Assembly (NCBI GenBank): GCA_949291555.1
Contig: CASEWE010000009.1
Coordinates: 111,349-175,348, forward strand
From: an uncultured Bacteroidales bacterium
GTDB lineage: Bacteria; Bacteroidota; Bacteroidia; Bacteroidales; P3
Length of the DNA: 64,000 nucleotides
Direction: 5' to 3'
A program made the translations under genes and the position numbers. Below, in pieces: positions 1-9,302 of this stretch (the first letter of the stretch is position 1; each line of letters begins with the position of its first letter). The notes beneath the pieces were generated by a model, which was not told where the DNA came from, did not search any database, and was given only the letters and a program-made list of their open reading frames with translations.

Positions 1-1
1 G

Positions 2-1147
2 GAATTGGAAGCCGATTACGGAATAGGAGGGGAGGGGGAATATGCTTTGTGCCGCTTGCTTTCCGCCTTGTGGAAGAAAGAGCCGGTTTCGGGCATACCG
101 TCCCTTTACGTGGGCCGGAACGAAGGCGGCTCGCGCGATGGCGGGTACGCCGGGGAAAATGCAGCCGTTGGCAAGGCTGCTGCTGTAACCGGAGCCGCAA
201 CCGGAGTTGCAGCCGAGGGCAAGGCCCTTCCGGGAAAAGCCGGCCGTTCGGGCAGCGGCAAGGAAAGCTGCCGGGACGGAAAGCCTTGTTACATCGAATC
301 CCCTCGTGCCGAATACGAAGAAGACTTGGTGCGGTATTACTGGAAGGAAAGCGGGATGCTGAACATCCAGACCAAGCGGGGGTGCCCTTACCGTTGCATT
401 TACTGCACCTATCCCCGCATAGACGGCTGCAAGGTGCGTACCATGGACATAAGCTCCCTTGTGGAAACCGTTCTTCGCGCCAAAAGGGATTTCGGGGCGG
501 ATTACTGGTTCTTCACGGATTCGGTTTTCAATATCAGCAATCCCTACAACATGGCTTTGGCCCAGGCTTTGCTCGACAGCCGTGCCGGCATCTCGTGGGG
601 GGCTTATTTTTCCCCGATGGGAATCGATGACGAGCAGATGGCCTTGTACAAGGCTTCGGGATTGAAGCATATCGAGTTCGGCACCGAGTCGTTCTGCGAC
701 CGCACCTTGGCTTCCTATGGCAAGCTGTTCGGCTTCGACCAAGTGCTCAGGGCTTCGGAAACAGCCTTGAAGCATAATGTGTACTACGCGCATTTCCTCA
801 TTCTGGGAGGCTGGGGCGAAACCCGGCAGCAGCTGGACGAAACGATTTCCAACTCCCGCTATTTGCGCCACACGGTCATTTTCCCCTATGTGGGGATGCG
901 GGTCTATCCGGGTACTTTGCTGCAAAGGTGCATGGTGCAGGCGGGTTGCCTGGATGCCGCCGGTGATTTGCTGGAACCTCGTTTTTATATTGCGGAGGGC
1001 TTCGATTTGGCCGATGTCAAGCAGAAAGCCTCTTCCACCGGGAAAGCCTGGGTCTTCCCGGACGCCCCGCAAGAGGCTTTGGCAAAGACGTTGCGATTGA
1101 AGAAAAACAAGAAAGGGCCTTTATGGGAATATTTGCGCAAAGCTTGA
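2..1147 (+). CDS. B12-binding-domain/radical SAM protein of the lipid-biosynthesis type (5' partial)
   Basis: Frame stays open to the window edge; the TTG at 5 is only the ORF-finder start, so the N-terminus is off-window. Radical SAM CxxxCxxC in KRGCPYRCIYCTYP. First visible gene of a co-directional operon with overlapping stops and starts. Confidence 0.85.
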   Translation, partial: ELEADYGIGGEGEYALCRLLSALWKKEPVSGIPSLYVGRNEGGSRDGGYAGENAAVGKAAAVTGAATGVAAEGKALPGKAGRSGSGKESCRDGKPCYIESPRAEYEEDLVRYYWKESGMLNIQTKRGCPYRCIYCTYPRIDGCKVRTMDISSLVETVLRAKRDFGADYWFFTDSVFNISNPYNMALAQALLDSRAGISWGAYFSPMGIDDEQMALYKASGLKHIEFGTESFCDRTLASYGKLFGFDQVLRASETALKHNVYYAHFLILGGWGETRQQLDETISNSRYLRHTVIFPYVGMRVYPGTLLQRCMVQAGCLDAAGDLLEPRFYIAEGFDLADVKQKASSTGKAWVFPDAPQEALAKTLRLKKNKKGPLWEYLRKA

Positions 1148-1560
1148 TCGAACCCGGGGAAGTGACGGGCTTCATTCCGCAGCGGGAGCCGATGCTCATG
1201 GTGGATGCTTTCTACGGGGAAGCCGGCAACGAAGCGGTGGCAGGCCTGACAGTCCGGGAAGAAAACTTGTTCGTGGAGAACGGTTTCTTGTCGGAAACGG
1301 GACTGATCGAACACATAGCCCAGTCGGCGGCCTTGCAGCACGGGGTCGCCTGCCGCAAGCGGGGAATGCCCCCTCCGGTGGGATATATCGGGGCGATTCA
1401 GGACTTCGAGCTGCACGCCTTGCCTTCCGTGGGCGAAAACTTGCGGACAAGCGTGCGCGTGGAGCAGGAAATCATGGGGATAACCTTGGTTTCGGCAAGG
1501 GTGGAGTCGGAAGGCCGCTTGCTGGCCGCGTGCAAGATGAAGATATTCGTGAATGCGTAG
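1123..1560 (+). CDS. hotdog-fold (FabA/FabZ-like) 3-hydroxyacyl-ACP dehydratase
   Basis: 145 aa. IPQREPMLMVD resembles the FabZ-type PFLLVD entry motif. ATG 1123 overlaps the upstream gene by 25 nt. Confidence 0.7.
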   Translation: MGIFAQSLIEPGEVTGFIPQREPMLMVDAFYGEAGNEAVAGLTVREENLFVENGFLSETGLIEHIAQSAALQHGVACRKRGMPPPVGYIGAIQDFELHALPSVGENLRTSVRVEQEIMGITLVSARVESEGRLLAACKMKIFVNA

Positions 1561-1566
1561 GAAATC

Positions 1567-1986
1567 ATGGGTGGATTGAAAAACGAAACCAGAATCCGTG
1601 TCCGCTTCAGCGAAGTGGATTCCATGGCTGTGGTCTGGCACGGGGAATATGTACGGTATTTCGAAGACGGCAGGGAAGCTTTCGGGCGGCAGTACCCGGG
1701 TCTGGGTTACATGGACATCTGGCATAGCGGTTACCTGGCCCCGGTGGTGGAACTGGATGTCCGGTACAAGTCGCCCTTGCGCTGCAACGAGGAAGCGATT
1801 GTGGAAACCCGGTACGTGGAAACGGCGGCGGCCAAGATTTGCTTCGAATACGAAATCCGGAGGGCCGGCAACGGCATGGTCGTTGCCACGGGCCGCAGCA
1901 CGCAGGTGTTTACCGATAGCAAAGGGGAGTTGCAGTTGTATGCTCCCGATTTTTACAAGGAATGGAAAAAACGTTGGTTGAAATGA
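1567..1986 (+). CDS. 4HBT/YbgC-type acyl thioesterase
   Basis: 139 aa. IRVRFSEVDSMAVVWHGEYVRYFEDGREAF matches the N-terminal signature of hotdog thioesterases. Starts 6 nt after the previous stop. Confidence 0.75.
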   Translation: MGGLKNETRIRVRFSEVDSMAVVWHGEYVRYFEDGREAFGRQYPGLGYMDIWHSGYLAPVVELDVRYKSPLRCNEEAIVETRYVETAAAKICFEYEIRRAGNGMVVATGRSTQVFTDSKGELQLYAPDFYKEWKKRWLK

Positions 1987-3776
1987 GCGGCGGCAAGACG
2001 GTTTATTGCGGATACGGGCGTGTCATAAGCGCCTCGGGCCGGGACACCGCTTCGGTTTGCGAGGCGATAGGCCGGTACCAGACTTGTTTGACGGCTACGT
2101 CCGACGGAGTTCCGGTTTGCCGGATAGACCGTTCCTTGCCGGCTTGGGATTCCGTTCCCGGCTTGTCTTTCGTGGAAAAGATGGCCGTGGAAGCGCTTTC
2201 CGCGGCCCAGCAGGAAAGCGGTTTGCTCTTGTCGGATCCGGGCGTGCAGCTGATTCTTTCCACGACCAAGGGCGATGTTTCCTTGTTGGGGGAAGCTCCC
2301 GAACGGGTTTGGCTATGGGACTTGGGCGAGCGTTTGTCGGCCCGGTTCGGATGCGCGAGGAAAATCCGGATCGTGTCTTGCGCCTGCATTTCGGGCGTTT
2401 CCGCGCTCATTCTGGGCAAAAGGCTCGTCGAACGGGGCGATTGCGAGCATGCTTTCGTGTTGGGCGTGGACGAGGCCAGCGACTTCGTGGTGAGCGGTTT
2501 CAAGTCTTTCAAGTCGTTGAGCCCGACGTTGTGCCGGCCGTATGACGAGAAGCGGGACGGGCTTACCTTGGGCGAGGCTTGCGGGCTGCTCGTCCTGACA
2601 AGCCGGAAGGAGCTTTCCCCTTGCGGGATCGTGCTCCGGGGCGGTGCCATATCGAACGATGCGAACCATATATCCGGGCCGTCCCGGACGGGCGACGGCC
2701 TGTATCTGGCCATCGCGGAGGCTTTGCGCCAAGCCGGGATGGATGCGGGGGAGATAAGCTTCGTGAACGCTCACGGCACCGGAACGGATTACAACGACCA
2801 GATGGAGAGCAAGGCCTTTGCCTTGGCCGGTTTGTCGGGCACGCCGTGCAACTCCTTGAAACCCTATTTGGGGCATACCTTGGGGGCTTCGGGCGTTGTG
2901 GAAACGATTCTCGATATCGAACAGCTCCGGCGGGATTGCGTGTTCGGGGTAAAGGGATTTGAAAGACCGGGAACTCCTTGCCCGCTGAATGTATGCGCCG
3001 GACACCGGCATATTCCCTTGCATTCCTGCCTGAAGACCGCTTCCGGTTTCGGAGGGACGAACGCGGCGATTGTCCTGGCCAAGAGCCCGGGAACGGCCTG
3101 CATGGAAGCATCAGGCATGGAAGCACCGGATACGGGATTGCCGGCCAAGCCGGTGGAAATCTGTTTGCGGTCGTCCTTGCTTTGGACGGCGGAAGATTTG
3201 AAAGGATTGGACTTCGCTGCCTGGATCAAGGAAAAATACAAGCAGTCGGGCGAAGCTTATCTGAAATTTTTCAAGATGGACAATCCTTCCAAGCTGGCTT
3301 ATGCGGCTTCGTGCTATCTGCCGGGTTTCATCGGGAGGGAATTTTCTCCCGAGCGCTCGGCGTTGGTGCTGTCCACTTCGGCCGGGTCGTGGGATTCGGA
3401 CTCGAAGCATTGGCAAATCATGGAACAGCATCTTCCCGAAGGGGCTTCCCCGGCGGTTTTCGTGTATACGCTGGCCAATATCCCGGCAGCAGAAGTGACG
3501 ATAAGGCACAAGATGCAGGGGGAGGTGATGGTATTCGTTGAAAAAGAGGAAGATGGATTTTCGCGGGCTTATGCGGAAAGTTTGTTGCGGGAGGGGCTTT
3601 GCGGAGAGGTCTTGTATGCCCGTTGCGACTGTGCCGGGGATTATTTTCGAGCGGATTTCCATTGGATGACGGCGCGGGAGCATCTTTCCCCGGAAGCCGG
3701 GGCAGGCTCGGGAAGCGCTTGCCGGGAGCGGCCTTGCGGGACAGGGCCAAGGAAGGAGGGGGCGCAAGCCGGATGA
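1983..3776 (+). CDS. beta-ketoacyl-ACP synthase (Cys-His-His type) fused to a ~220-aa C-terminal extension
   Basis: Active-site contexts VSCACISGVSA, NAHGTGTDYND and LGHTLGASG. ATG 1983 forms an ATGA overlap with the upstream stop (alternative ATG 1962). There is no stop between the KS core (ends near 3100) and the extra region. Confidence 0.85.
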   Translation: MSGGKTVYCGYGRVISASGRDTASVCEAIGRYQTCLTATSDGVPVCRIDRSLPAWDSVPGLSFVEKMAVEALSAAQQESGLLLSDPGVQLILSTTKGDVSLLGEAPERVWLWDLGERLSARFGCARKIRIVSCACISGVSALILGKRLVERGDCEHAFVLGVDEASDFVVSGFKSFKSLSPTLCRPYDEKRDGLTLGEACGLLVLTSRKELSPCGIVLRGGAISNDANHISGPSRTGDGLYLAIAEALRQAGMDAGEISFVNAHGTGTDYNDQMESKAFALAGLSGTPCNSLKPYLGHTLGASGVVETILDIEQLRRDCVFGVKGFERPGTPCPLNVCAGHRHIPLHSCLKTASGFGGTNAAIVLAKSPGTACMEASGMEAPDTGLPAKPVEICLRSSLLWTAEDLKGLDFAAWIKEKYKQSGEAYLKFFKMDNPSKLAYAASCYLPGFIGREFSPERSALVLSTSAGSWDSDSKHWQIMEQHLPEGASPAVFVYTLANIPAAEVTIRHKMQGEVMVFVEKEEDGFSRAYAESLLREGLCGEVLYARCDCAGDYFRADFHWMTAREHLSPEAGAGSGSACRERPCGTGPRKEGAQAG

Positions 3777-3865
3777 AAGGACTTGCCGGTTGGTTGCCGG
3801 TTGTTTGTGGTTCATGAAAGTTTTGGAAAGAAGTATTTTTGGCGAAAAGCAAAAAAACGTGCTAT

Positions 3866-4120
3866 ATGGAAGCGTTGAAGAAAGAATTGAAAGAAGAATT
3901 GATTAAAGCATTGAATATCGAGGATTTGAGCCCGGAAGACATCGATTCCTCCGCCCCCTTGTTCGGGGAAGGATTGGGCTTGGATTCCATCGATGCCTTG
4001 GAAATCATCCTGTTGCTGGAACGCAAATACGGAATCCGTCTCGAAAAGCCGGAAGGGGCCAAGGAGATTTTTTATTCGATCGACACCTTGGCCGACTTCA
4101 TCGAAAAGAACAGGAAGTGA
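3866..4120 (+). CDS. acyl carrier protein
   Basis: 84 aa from ATG 3866 (the track start 3839 is TTG). Phosphopantetheine-attachment motif LGLDSIDALE. Confidence 0.9.
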   Translation: MEALKKELKEELIKALNIEDLSPEDIDSSAPLFGEGLGLDSIDALEIILLLERKYGIRLEKPEGAKEIFYSIDTLADFIEKNRK

Positions 4121-4214
4121 AAAAGGTTCCGGCTTTTCCGGAGCGCCGGCATCGGAACCCGTGCCGGCCTTGCTGCTTGTTTTAACTGCTTTTTTAGGAA
4201 AGGAGGATTCGGGA

Positions 4215-5387
4215 ATGGGAGTCAAGATAATCGGAGCCGGGGTCGTTTCGGCTTTGGGCATAGGTTACGATGCGAACTTGTCGGCCCTTGAAAGCCATGC
4301 CTGCGGGATTGGCAGGAAGCGCTTCGTGGAAACCTGCTTGGAATTTCCGGTGGGGGAAGTGAAGCATCCGGATGCGGAGTTGCAGGCCATGCTCGGAATC
4401 GAGGCCCGGAAAACCGTTTCCCGGACGGCCTTGCTCGGCGCCATGGCGGCGAAAGAAGCGCTTTGCATGGCAAATTTGCCTTCCGGCGCCCGGGTGGGCT
4501 TGGTTTCTTCCACTTCGGTGGGAGGAATGGACCTGACCGGACGTTTTTATGCCGATTTCCGGAAAAACCCGGAAAAAGGCAGGCTGCGTTATGTGGCCGG
4601 TCACGATTGCGCTTCCAGCACGGCTTTCATTGCGGGATATTGCGGGCTCGATGGCTTTACGGCCACCATCAGCACGGCCTGCTCTTCGGCTGCCAATGCT
4701 ATCTTGTTTGCAGCCAGGTTGTTGTGGAAAGGCATTCTGGATTATGTGCTGGCAGGCGGCACGGACGCTCTTTGCGCTTTCACGCTCAATGGTTTTGCTT
4801 CGTTGAAGATATTGGATAGCAGCTTGTGCCGCCCGATGGACAGGGACAGGGCCGGACTGAACCTCGGGGAAGGGGCCGGTTATGTCCTCATGTGCCGGGA
4901 CGAAAGCCCGGGCCGGCCGCTGGCGCGCTTCCTTGCCGGAGCCAACGCGAACGATGCTTTCCACCAGACGGCTTCCTCTCCGGGCGGGGACGGTGCGTCG
5001 CGTGCCATGGAAAAGGCATTGGAAAAAGCCGGCCTGGCGGGCGGGCAAATCGATTACGTGAATTTGCACGGAACCGGAACGGTGAACAACGATGCTTCGG
5101 AATCGGCTGCCTTGAAGCGGGTTTTCGGCGAGCATGTCCCGGCTTTCAGCTCCACGAAGTCGTTTACCGGGCATGCCTTGGCCGCGGCGGGGGGAATAGA
5201 GGCGGTTTATTCGGTCATGGCCTTGCGGGAACAGCTCCGGTTTGCCAATCTCCGTTTTGAAAACAAGATGGACGAGAGCCCTTGGGAACCTTGCCGGACG
5301 ACTTCTCGCGGCAAGGTCGGCCACGTGCTTTCCAATTCGTTCGGTTTCGGGGGAAATTGCACTACATTGATTTTCGGGAGGGCATAA
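4215..5387 (+). CDS. beta-ketoacyl-ACP synthase II-like
   Basis: 390 aa from ATG 4215 (MGVKIIGAGVV...). The track ORF from 3993 overlaps the ACP gene and is an artefactual extension. Motifs TACSSAANA, NLHGTGTVNND and FTGHALAAAG. Confidence 0.9.
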   Translation: MGVKIIGAGVVSALGIGYDANLSALESHACGIGRKRFVETCLEFPVGEVKHPDAELQAMLGIEARKTVSRTALLGAMAAKEALCMANLPSGARVGLVSSTSVGGMDLTGRFYADFRKNPEKGRLRYVAGHDCASSTAFIAGYCGLDGFTATISTACSSAANAILFAARLLWKGILDYVLAGGTDALCAFTLNGFASLKILDSSLCRPMDRDRAGLNLGEGAGYVLMCRDESPGRPLARFLAGANANDAFHQTASSPGGDGASRAMEKALEKAGLAGGQIDYVNLHGTGTVNNDASESAALKRVFGEHVPAFSSTKSFTGHALAAAGGIEAVYSVMALREQLRFANLRFENKMDESPWEPCRTTSRGKVGHVLSNSFGFGGNCTTLIFGRA

Positions 5388-5389
5388 GC

Positions 5390-6160
5390 ATGGCATATTA
5401 CATTAATTGCATGAAGAGCTATGCAGGCATAGGCCGGGAGTTGAAGGAACTGGTACCCGACATGAACTTGCGCCGCCGCATGGGGCCGGGCTTGAAAATG
5501 GGGAGCGCTACGGCCATGGCTGTCTTGGAGGATTTCGACGCGCACGGGAAAGTAGATGCCGTAGTTACCGCGACCGGGCTGGGCTGCATTGCCGACAGCG
5601 AGAAATTCCTGGCGGCATTGTCCGATCTGCACGAGCAAGCCCTCAACCCGACTCCCTTCATCTATTCCACTTTCAATACCTTGGGGGCGATAATCGCCCT
5701 TTTGCGTTCGGAACCGGGTTACAACAATACTTTTTCCCATCGGGAGACGAGTTTCGAGTGCGCGCTCTTGGATGCGATGATGCTGATAGACGAAGGGGAA
5801 GCGCGAAACGTGCTGGTCGGCTTTTTCGATGAAGCCACCCCTGCGGTCTGCCGGATCGTGGAACGCTTGCGGCTCGGTCAAGGAAAGCCGGTAGGCGAAG
5901 GGGCCTTTTTCTTGGTGTTGACAGGCAGGGAATTGGCTTGTTCCCAAGCCGAGATTACCCGTCTTTCGTTCGCGGAGCAGGAAATCGGGGGACCCTCCGT
6001 TTCCGTGCAGGAAGCAGTTTCCCGCAACTGGTTCGGGGCGATGGCCGAAGCTTTGCATGGCCTTGTTTCCAAGGGACAAGCGGGGGATTACGTTCTGGTC
6101 AATGACCTGAATGGCATGTTTCATTCCTTAATGCAGGTGCGATGCTTGCCGCGGGAATAA
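5390..6160 (+). CDS. KS N-terminal-domain-like protein lacking the catalytic Cys context (chain-length-factor-like partner)
   Basis: 256 aa from ATG 5390, 2 nt after the KS stop. Thiolase-fold-like stretches (VVTATGLGCIADSEKFL, NPTPFIYSTFNTLGA, VLVGFFDEA) without the His-His motifs. Confidence 0.6.
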   Translation: MAYYINCMKSYAGIGRELKELVPDMNLRRRMGPGLKMGSATAMAVLEDFDAHGKVDAVVTATGLGCIADSEKFLAALSDLHEQALNPTPFIYSTFNTLGAIIALLRSEPGYNNTFSHRETSFECALLDAMMLIDEGEARNVLVGFFDEATPAVCRIVERLRLGQGKPVGEGAFFLVLTGRELACSQAEITRLSFAEQEIGGPSVSVQEAVSRNWFGAMAEALHGLVSKGQAGDYVLVNDLNGMFHSLMQVRCLPRE

Positions 6161-6891
6161 CCTTGGGCGTTTTGCTGGTCCTGGCCGGTTTTTTCCTGGC
6201 TTCTTACAGGATTTCTTCCGGCATTTACCTGAAAACGTTCTGTTGCCGGCCGCAAGCGGGGAAGAAAGTGGCGCTGACTTTCGACGACGGGGTTTCTCCG
6301 CAGACTACCCCGCTCGTTCTGGACATTTTGAAAAAGCATGATGCCAAGGCTACGTTTTTCCTTGTCGGGGAACGGGTGGATGCCCATCCCGCTTTGGCGG
6401 GAAGGATTGCCGAAGAAGGGCATTCCATAGGAAATCATTCGTATTTCCACCGGAATACGTTCCCTTTGCAAAGCAGCGGGAAAGTCCAGGCAGAAATATC
6501 CGCTTGCGATGCAGCCATAGCCCGGGCGACCGGGATTGTCCCGGGATATTTCAGGCCGCCTTTCGGCGTGACGAACCCCATGGTGGGAAAGGCTGTACGC
6601 AGGACAGGCAAGTTGGCGGTTGGCTGGAACATCCGCTCGTTCGACACGAAGGGAGAGCCGCTTGGAAAAGTGTTTTCACGTATCCGGAAACGCTTGAGAG
6701 GGGGCGATGTGATTCTTTTGCACGATGACCGCCCGGGGGCGGATTTATTATTGGAGCGGCTTTTGGTTTACTTGCAAGAACAAGGATACGAGGCTGTTAC
6801 GATAGAGGCATTAATGGGGAACGGTTCGCCGGGGACGGGGCCGAAAGCATCGGGATCCGATCCCGGGAAGGCGGGGCGGAAAAGGCTTTGA
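6142..6891 (+). CDS. membrane-anchored polysaccharide deacetylase (NodB homology domain)
   Basis: N-terminal TM helix. Motifs ALTFDDG, ATFFLVGERV and HSIGNHSYFH. Overlaps the upstream gene by 19 nt. Confidence 0.85.
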   Translation: MLAAGITLGVLLVLAGFFLASYRISSGIYLKTFCCRPQAGKKVALTFDDGVSPQTTPLVLDILKKHDAKATFFLVGERVDAHPALAGRIAEEGHSIGNHSYFHRNTFPLQSSGKVQAEISACDAAIARATGIVPGYFRPPFGVTNPMVGKAVRRTGKLAVGWNIRSFDTKGEPLGKVFSRIRKRLRGGDVILLHDDRPGADLLLERLLVYLQEQGYEAVTIEALMGNGSPGTGPKASGSDPGKAGRKRL

Positions 6892-6900
6892 AGGCAGCCG

Positions 6901-7674
6901 ATGGGGGCGGACACCGCGTCACCCGGTGCCGGGAAAGTTCAGGAGAAAGCAAAAAAAGAAAGAATGGTTGTTTTTTTGATTCGGAAAATGGAAATGCGGT
7001 TTTGGCATGCAGGGAAGCCGGGATGCCGGAAAACGTTCGGGAATCCTTTTGCGAAAGCAGGTCTGCTGCCGCTGCTTCTTGCCTTGCTCTTGCCTGCCGC
7101 TTACGCTCAGGAAACGGAAGCGGATGCCAAGTTCGAGGAATTCAAGGGGCAGGTATCGGAATGGAGCCAGCGAAACAAGACGATCGTATGCGATTTCTTG
7201 CAGGAGAAGAAAGTCAGAGGCATCCGCGAGCCGGAAAGGCGGGAAGGGCGCTTCTTTTACGATAACGAGGGAAAGATCGCTTTGCTCTACGCGGAGCCCG
7301 CGGGCGACAAGGTGGTGATGGACGGGGATCGGTTCGTGGTGGTCAATGCCGGGAAAAGGATGGAAGCCACTTCGGCAAGCAATCCCATGCTGGGGCAGAT
7401 GTCGGGCTTGCTGCAGGGTTGCATGACCGGGAACCTTTCGGGCATAGGGAAGGGCTGGAACCACCGCCTGGAGGAAACCGGCGAGGTTTACCGTTTGGAA
7501 CTGTTGCCGCAGGGAAGGCAGCCGAAGCGGCCGAAATCTTTGACGTTGGTGTTCAGCAAGTCCGACATGACATTGGAAGAGTTGCGGATGGAGGAGGGGG
7601 AAGGCTTCATGACCCGCTATGTCTTCAAGGACAAGCAGCGGAACGTGGCGTTCGACCGTTCCGTGTTCGAATGA
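6901..7674 (+). CDS. LolA-like outer-membrane lipoprotein carrier family protein
   Basis: Signal peptide LLPLLLALLLPAAYAQ. The ~200-aa mature part has a LolA-like pattern (CDFLQEK...GRFFYDNEGKIALLYAEP...VVMDGDRFVV). Start is uncertain (ATG 6901, 6964 or 6988). Confidence 0.6.
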   Translation: MGADTASPGAGKVQEKAKKERMVVFLIRKMEMRFWHAGKPGCRKTFGNPFAKAGLLPLLLALLLPAAYAQETEADAKFEEFKGQVSEWSQRNKTIVCDFLQEKKVRGIREPERREGRFFYDNEGKIALLYAEPAGDKVVMDGDRFVVVNAGKRMEATSASNPMLGQMSGLLQGCMTGNLSGIGKGWNHRLEETGEVYRLELLPQGRQPKRPKSLTLVFSKSDMTLEELRMEEGEGFMTRYVFKDKQRNVAFDRSVFE

Positions 7675-7794
7675 ACCCGGAACAGGAGAGCCGCATCTGG
7701 CAGCAGCGTTGCATCCGGCAGCGGACCCGCAATCGGGGAAAGGCCGGACCGCCAAGGGGAATCGGACCCGGAAAGGGAAACAAGAGGAAAAAGC

Positions 7795-8157
7795 ATGGAA
7801 GAGATATTCCGCATGAAAAGCAAGGAGCGGCAGGAGGGCGGCTTCTGCTGCCAGGTCGGCATTTGCTGGGAGGCCGGTTTGTTCAAGGGGCATTTCCCGG
7901 GACAGCCCGTGGTGCCGGGGGTTTGCTTGCTCGGCCTGGTGAAAGAGGCTTTGGCGCAGGAGCTGGGAATGCCTTTGCGTTACCAGCAGATAAAGGACTG
8001 CAAGTTCCTGTTTCCGGTAACACCGGCTTTGCAGGGCGATTTGAGGCTGGCATGCAAGGTGGAGGGCCAGGACGGCCCGCTTTTGAAAGTGACGGCCTTG
8101 CTGGAAACGGCCGATAAGAAAGTGATGAAATTGAAAGCCTCTTTGGCAAGAAGTTGA
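7795..8157 (+). CDS. FabZ-like 3-hydroxyacyl-ACP dehydratase
   Basis: 120 aa. FabZ signature GHFPGQPVVPGV. Confidence 0.8.
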   Translation: MEEIFRMKSKERQEGGFCCQVGICWEAGLFKGHFPGQPVVPGVCLLGLVKEALAQELGMPLRYQQIKDCKFLFPVTPALQGDLRLACKVEGQDGPLLKVTALLETADKKVMKLKASLARS

Positions 8158-8162
8158 AAGCC

Positions 8163-9302
8163 ATGGAAAACAAGCTCTTGGTGGCAATCCCGGTTTACAA
8201 CAACCAGGCCACGGTGGCCCGTGTCGTTTCTAATGTGAAGGCTTGCGGCTTTCCGTTGGTGGTGGTCGACGATGGTTCCACCGACCGCACTTTGTCCGAG
8301 GCGCAAGGGCAGAAAGCGGTTTGCCTTTCCTATAAGCCCAACCGGGGCAAAGGCTATGCGATCCGGCAGGCTTTCGCCTATGCCGCCAAAGAGGGTTGCA
8401 CGCATGTGCTGACGATGGATGCGGACGGGCAGCACTACGCCTCGGACATTCCCGCTTTTGTGCGGGAAATGCAGGAAAATCCCGAGGCTTTGGTCATCGG
8501 GGCCCGGAATCTCCAAGCCGGCAACATGCCGGGAAAAAACACGTTCGCCAACCGGTTTTCCAATTTCTGGTACCGGCTCGAAACCGGGAAAAAGCTTTCC
8601 GACACCCAGTCGGGATTCCGGTTGTATCCTTTGCGCGGGCTCGAAGGCATGCGCTTCTTTTCCAAGCGTTATGCTTTCGAGACGGAAATCATCGTGAAGG
8701 CTTCCTGGCGGGGAATCCCGGTGAAGAACATCCCGATAGAGGTCTATTACCCGCCTAAAGGCGAATGGGTTTCCCATTTCAAGCCCTTCCGGGATTTTGC
8801 CCGGATCGGTTTCCTGAACGCTTGGCTGGTCATCGTGGCCTTGCTGCTCTATTACCCGTGGCGGTTCCTGCGGGCCTTGACCCGGGAGAACATCAAGCGG
8901 TTTGTCCGGGAGAACATTACCCGGACAGAGGATTCCAACCACAAGGTGGCCGCTTCGGTCGGGTTGGGCGTTTTTTTCGGCATTGTGCCCATCTGGGGTT
9001 ACCAGATGATTGCCGCCGGCCTGACGGCTCATTTTCTGAAGTTGAACAAGGTTCTGACGATACTGAGCTCGAACATCAGCATCCCGCCCATGATCCCGTT
9101 CATCTTGTACGGGAGCTTTTGCACGGGGGCATGGATACTGGGGCGGGATGCAAGGCTCGATTTTCAGGCCATCTCGTTTGAGAATGTTTATAAAGACTTG
9201 ATACAATACGTATTGGGCGCCATTGTCTTTGCGGTGGCCTGCGGGATTGCGGTTTACGGGCTCATGTACGTGGTCTTGTCGGCATGCAGGAGGAAAGTCT
9301 GA
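8163..9302 (+). CDS. family 2 glycosyltransferase with C-terminal DUF2062-like membrane domain
   Basis: LVAIPVYNNQATVARVV and VVVDDGSTDRT (GT2 N-terminus). The C-terminal ~130 aa is hydrophobic (VGLGVFFGIVPIWGYQMI...). ATG 8163 lies 5 nt after the upstream stop (track start 8154 is TTG). Confidence 0.8.
   Translation: MENKLLVAIPVYNNQATVARVVSNVKACGFPLVVVDDGSTDRTLSEAQGQKAVCLSYKPNRGKGYAIRQAFAYAAKEGCTHVLTMDADGQHYASDIPAFVREMQENPEALVIGARNLQAGNMPGKNTFANRFSNFWYRLETGKKLSDTQSGFRLYPLRGLEGMRFFSKRYAFETEIIVKASWRGIPVKNIPIEVYYPPKGEWVSHFKPFRDFARIGFLNAWLVIVALLLYYPWRFLRALTRENIKRFVRENITRTEDSNHKVAASVGLGVFFGIVPIWGYQMIAAGLTAHFLKLNKVLTILSSNISIPPMIPFILYGSFCTGAWILGRDARLDFQAISFENVYKDLIQYVLGAIVFAVACGIAVYGLMYVVLSACRRKV

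Noticed and set aside
7419-8117. 232-aa + strand ORF spanning the LolA-like/FabZ-like gap
   Set aside because: It is out of frame with both neighbours and Gly/Arg/Pro-rich. The FabZ-like frame carries the GHFPGQPVVPGV signature.
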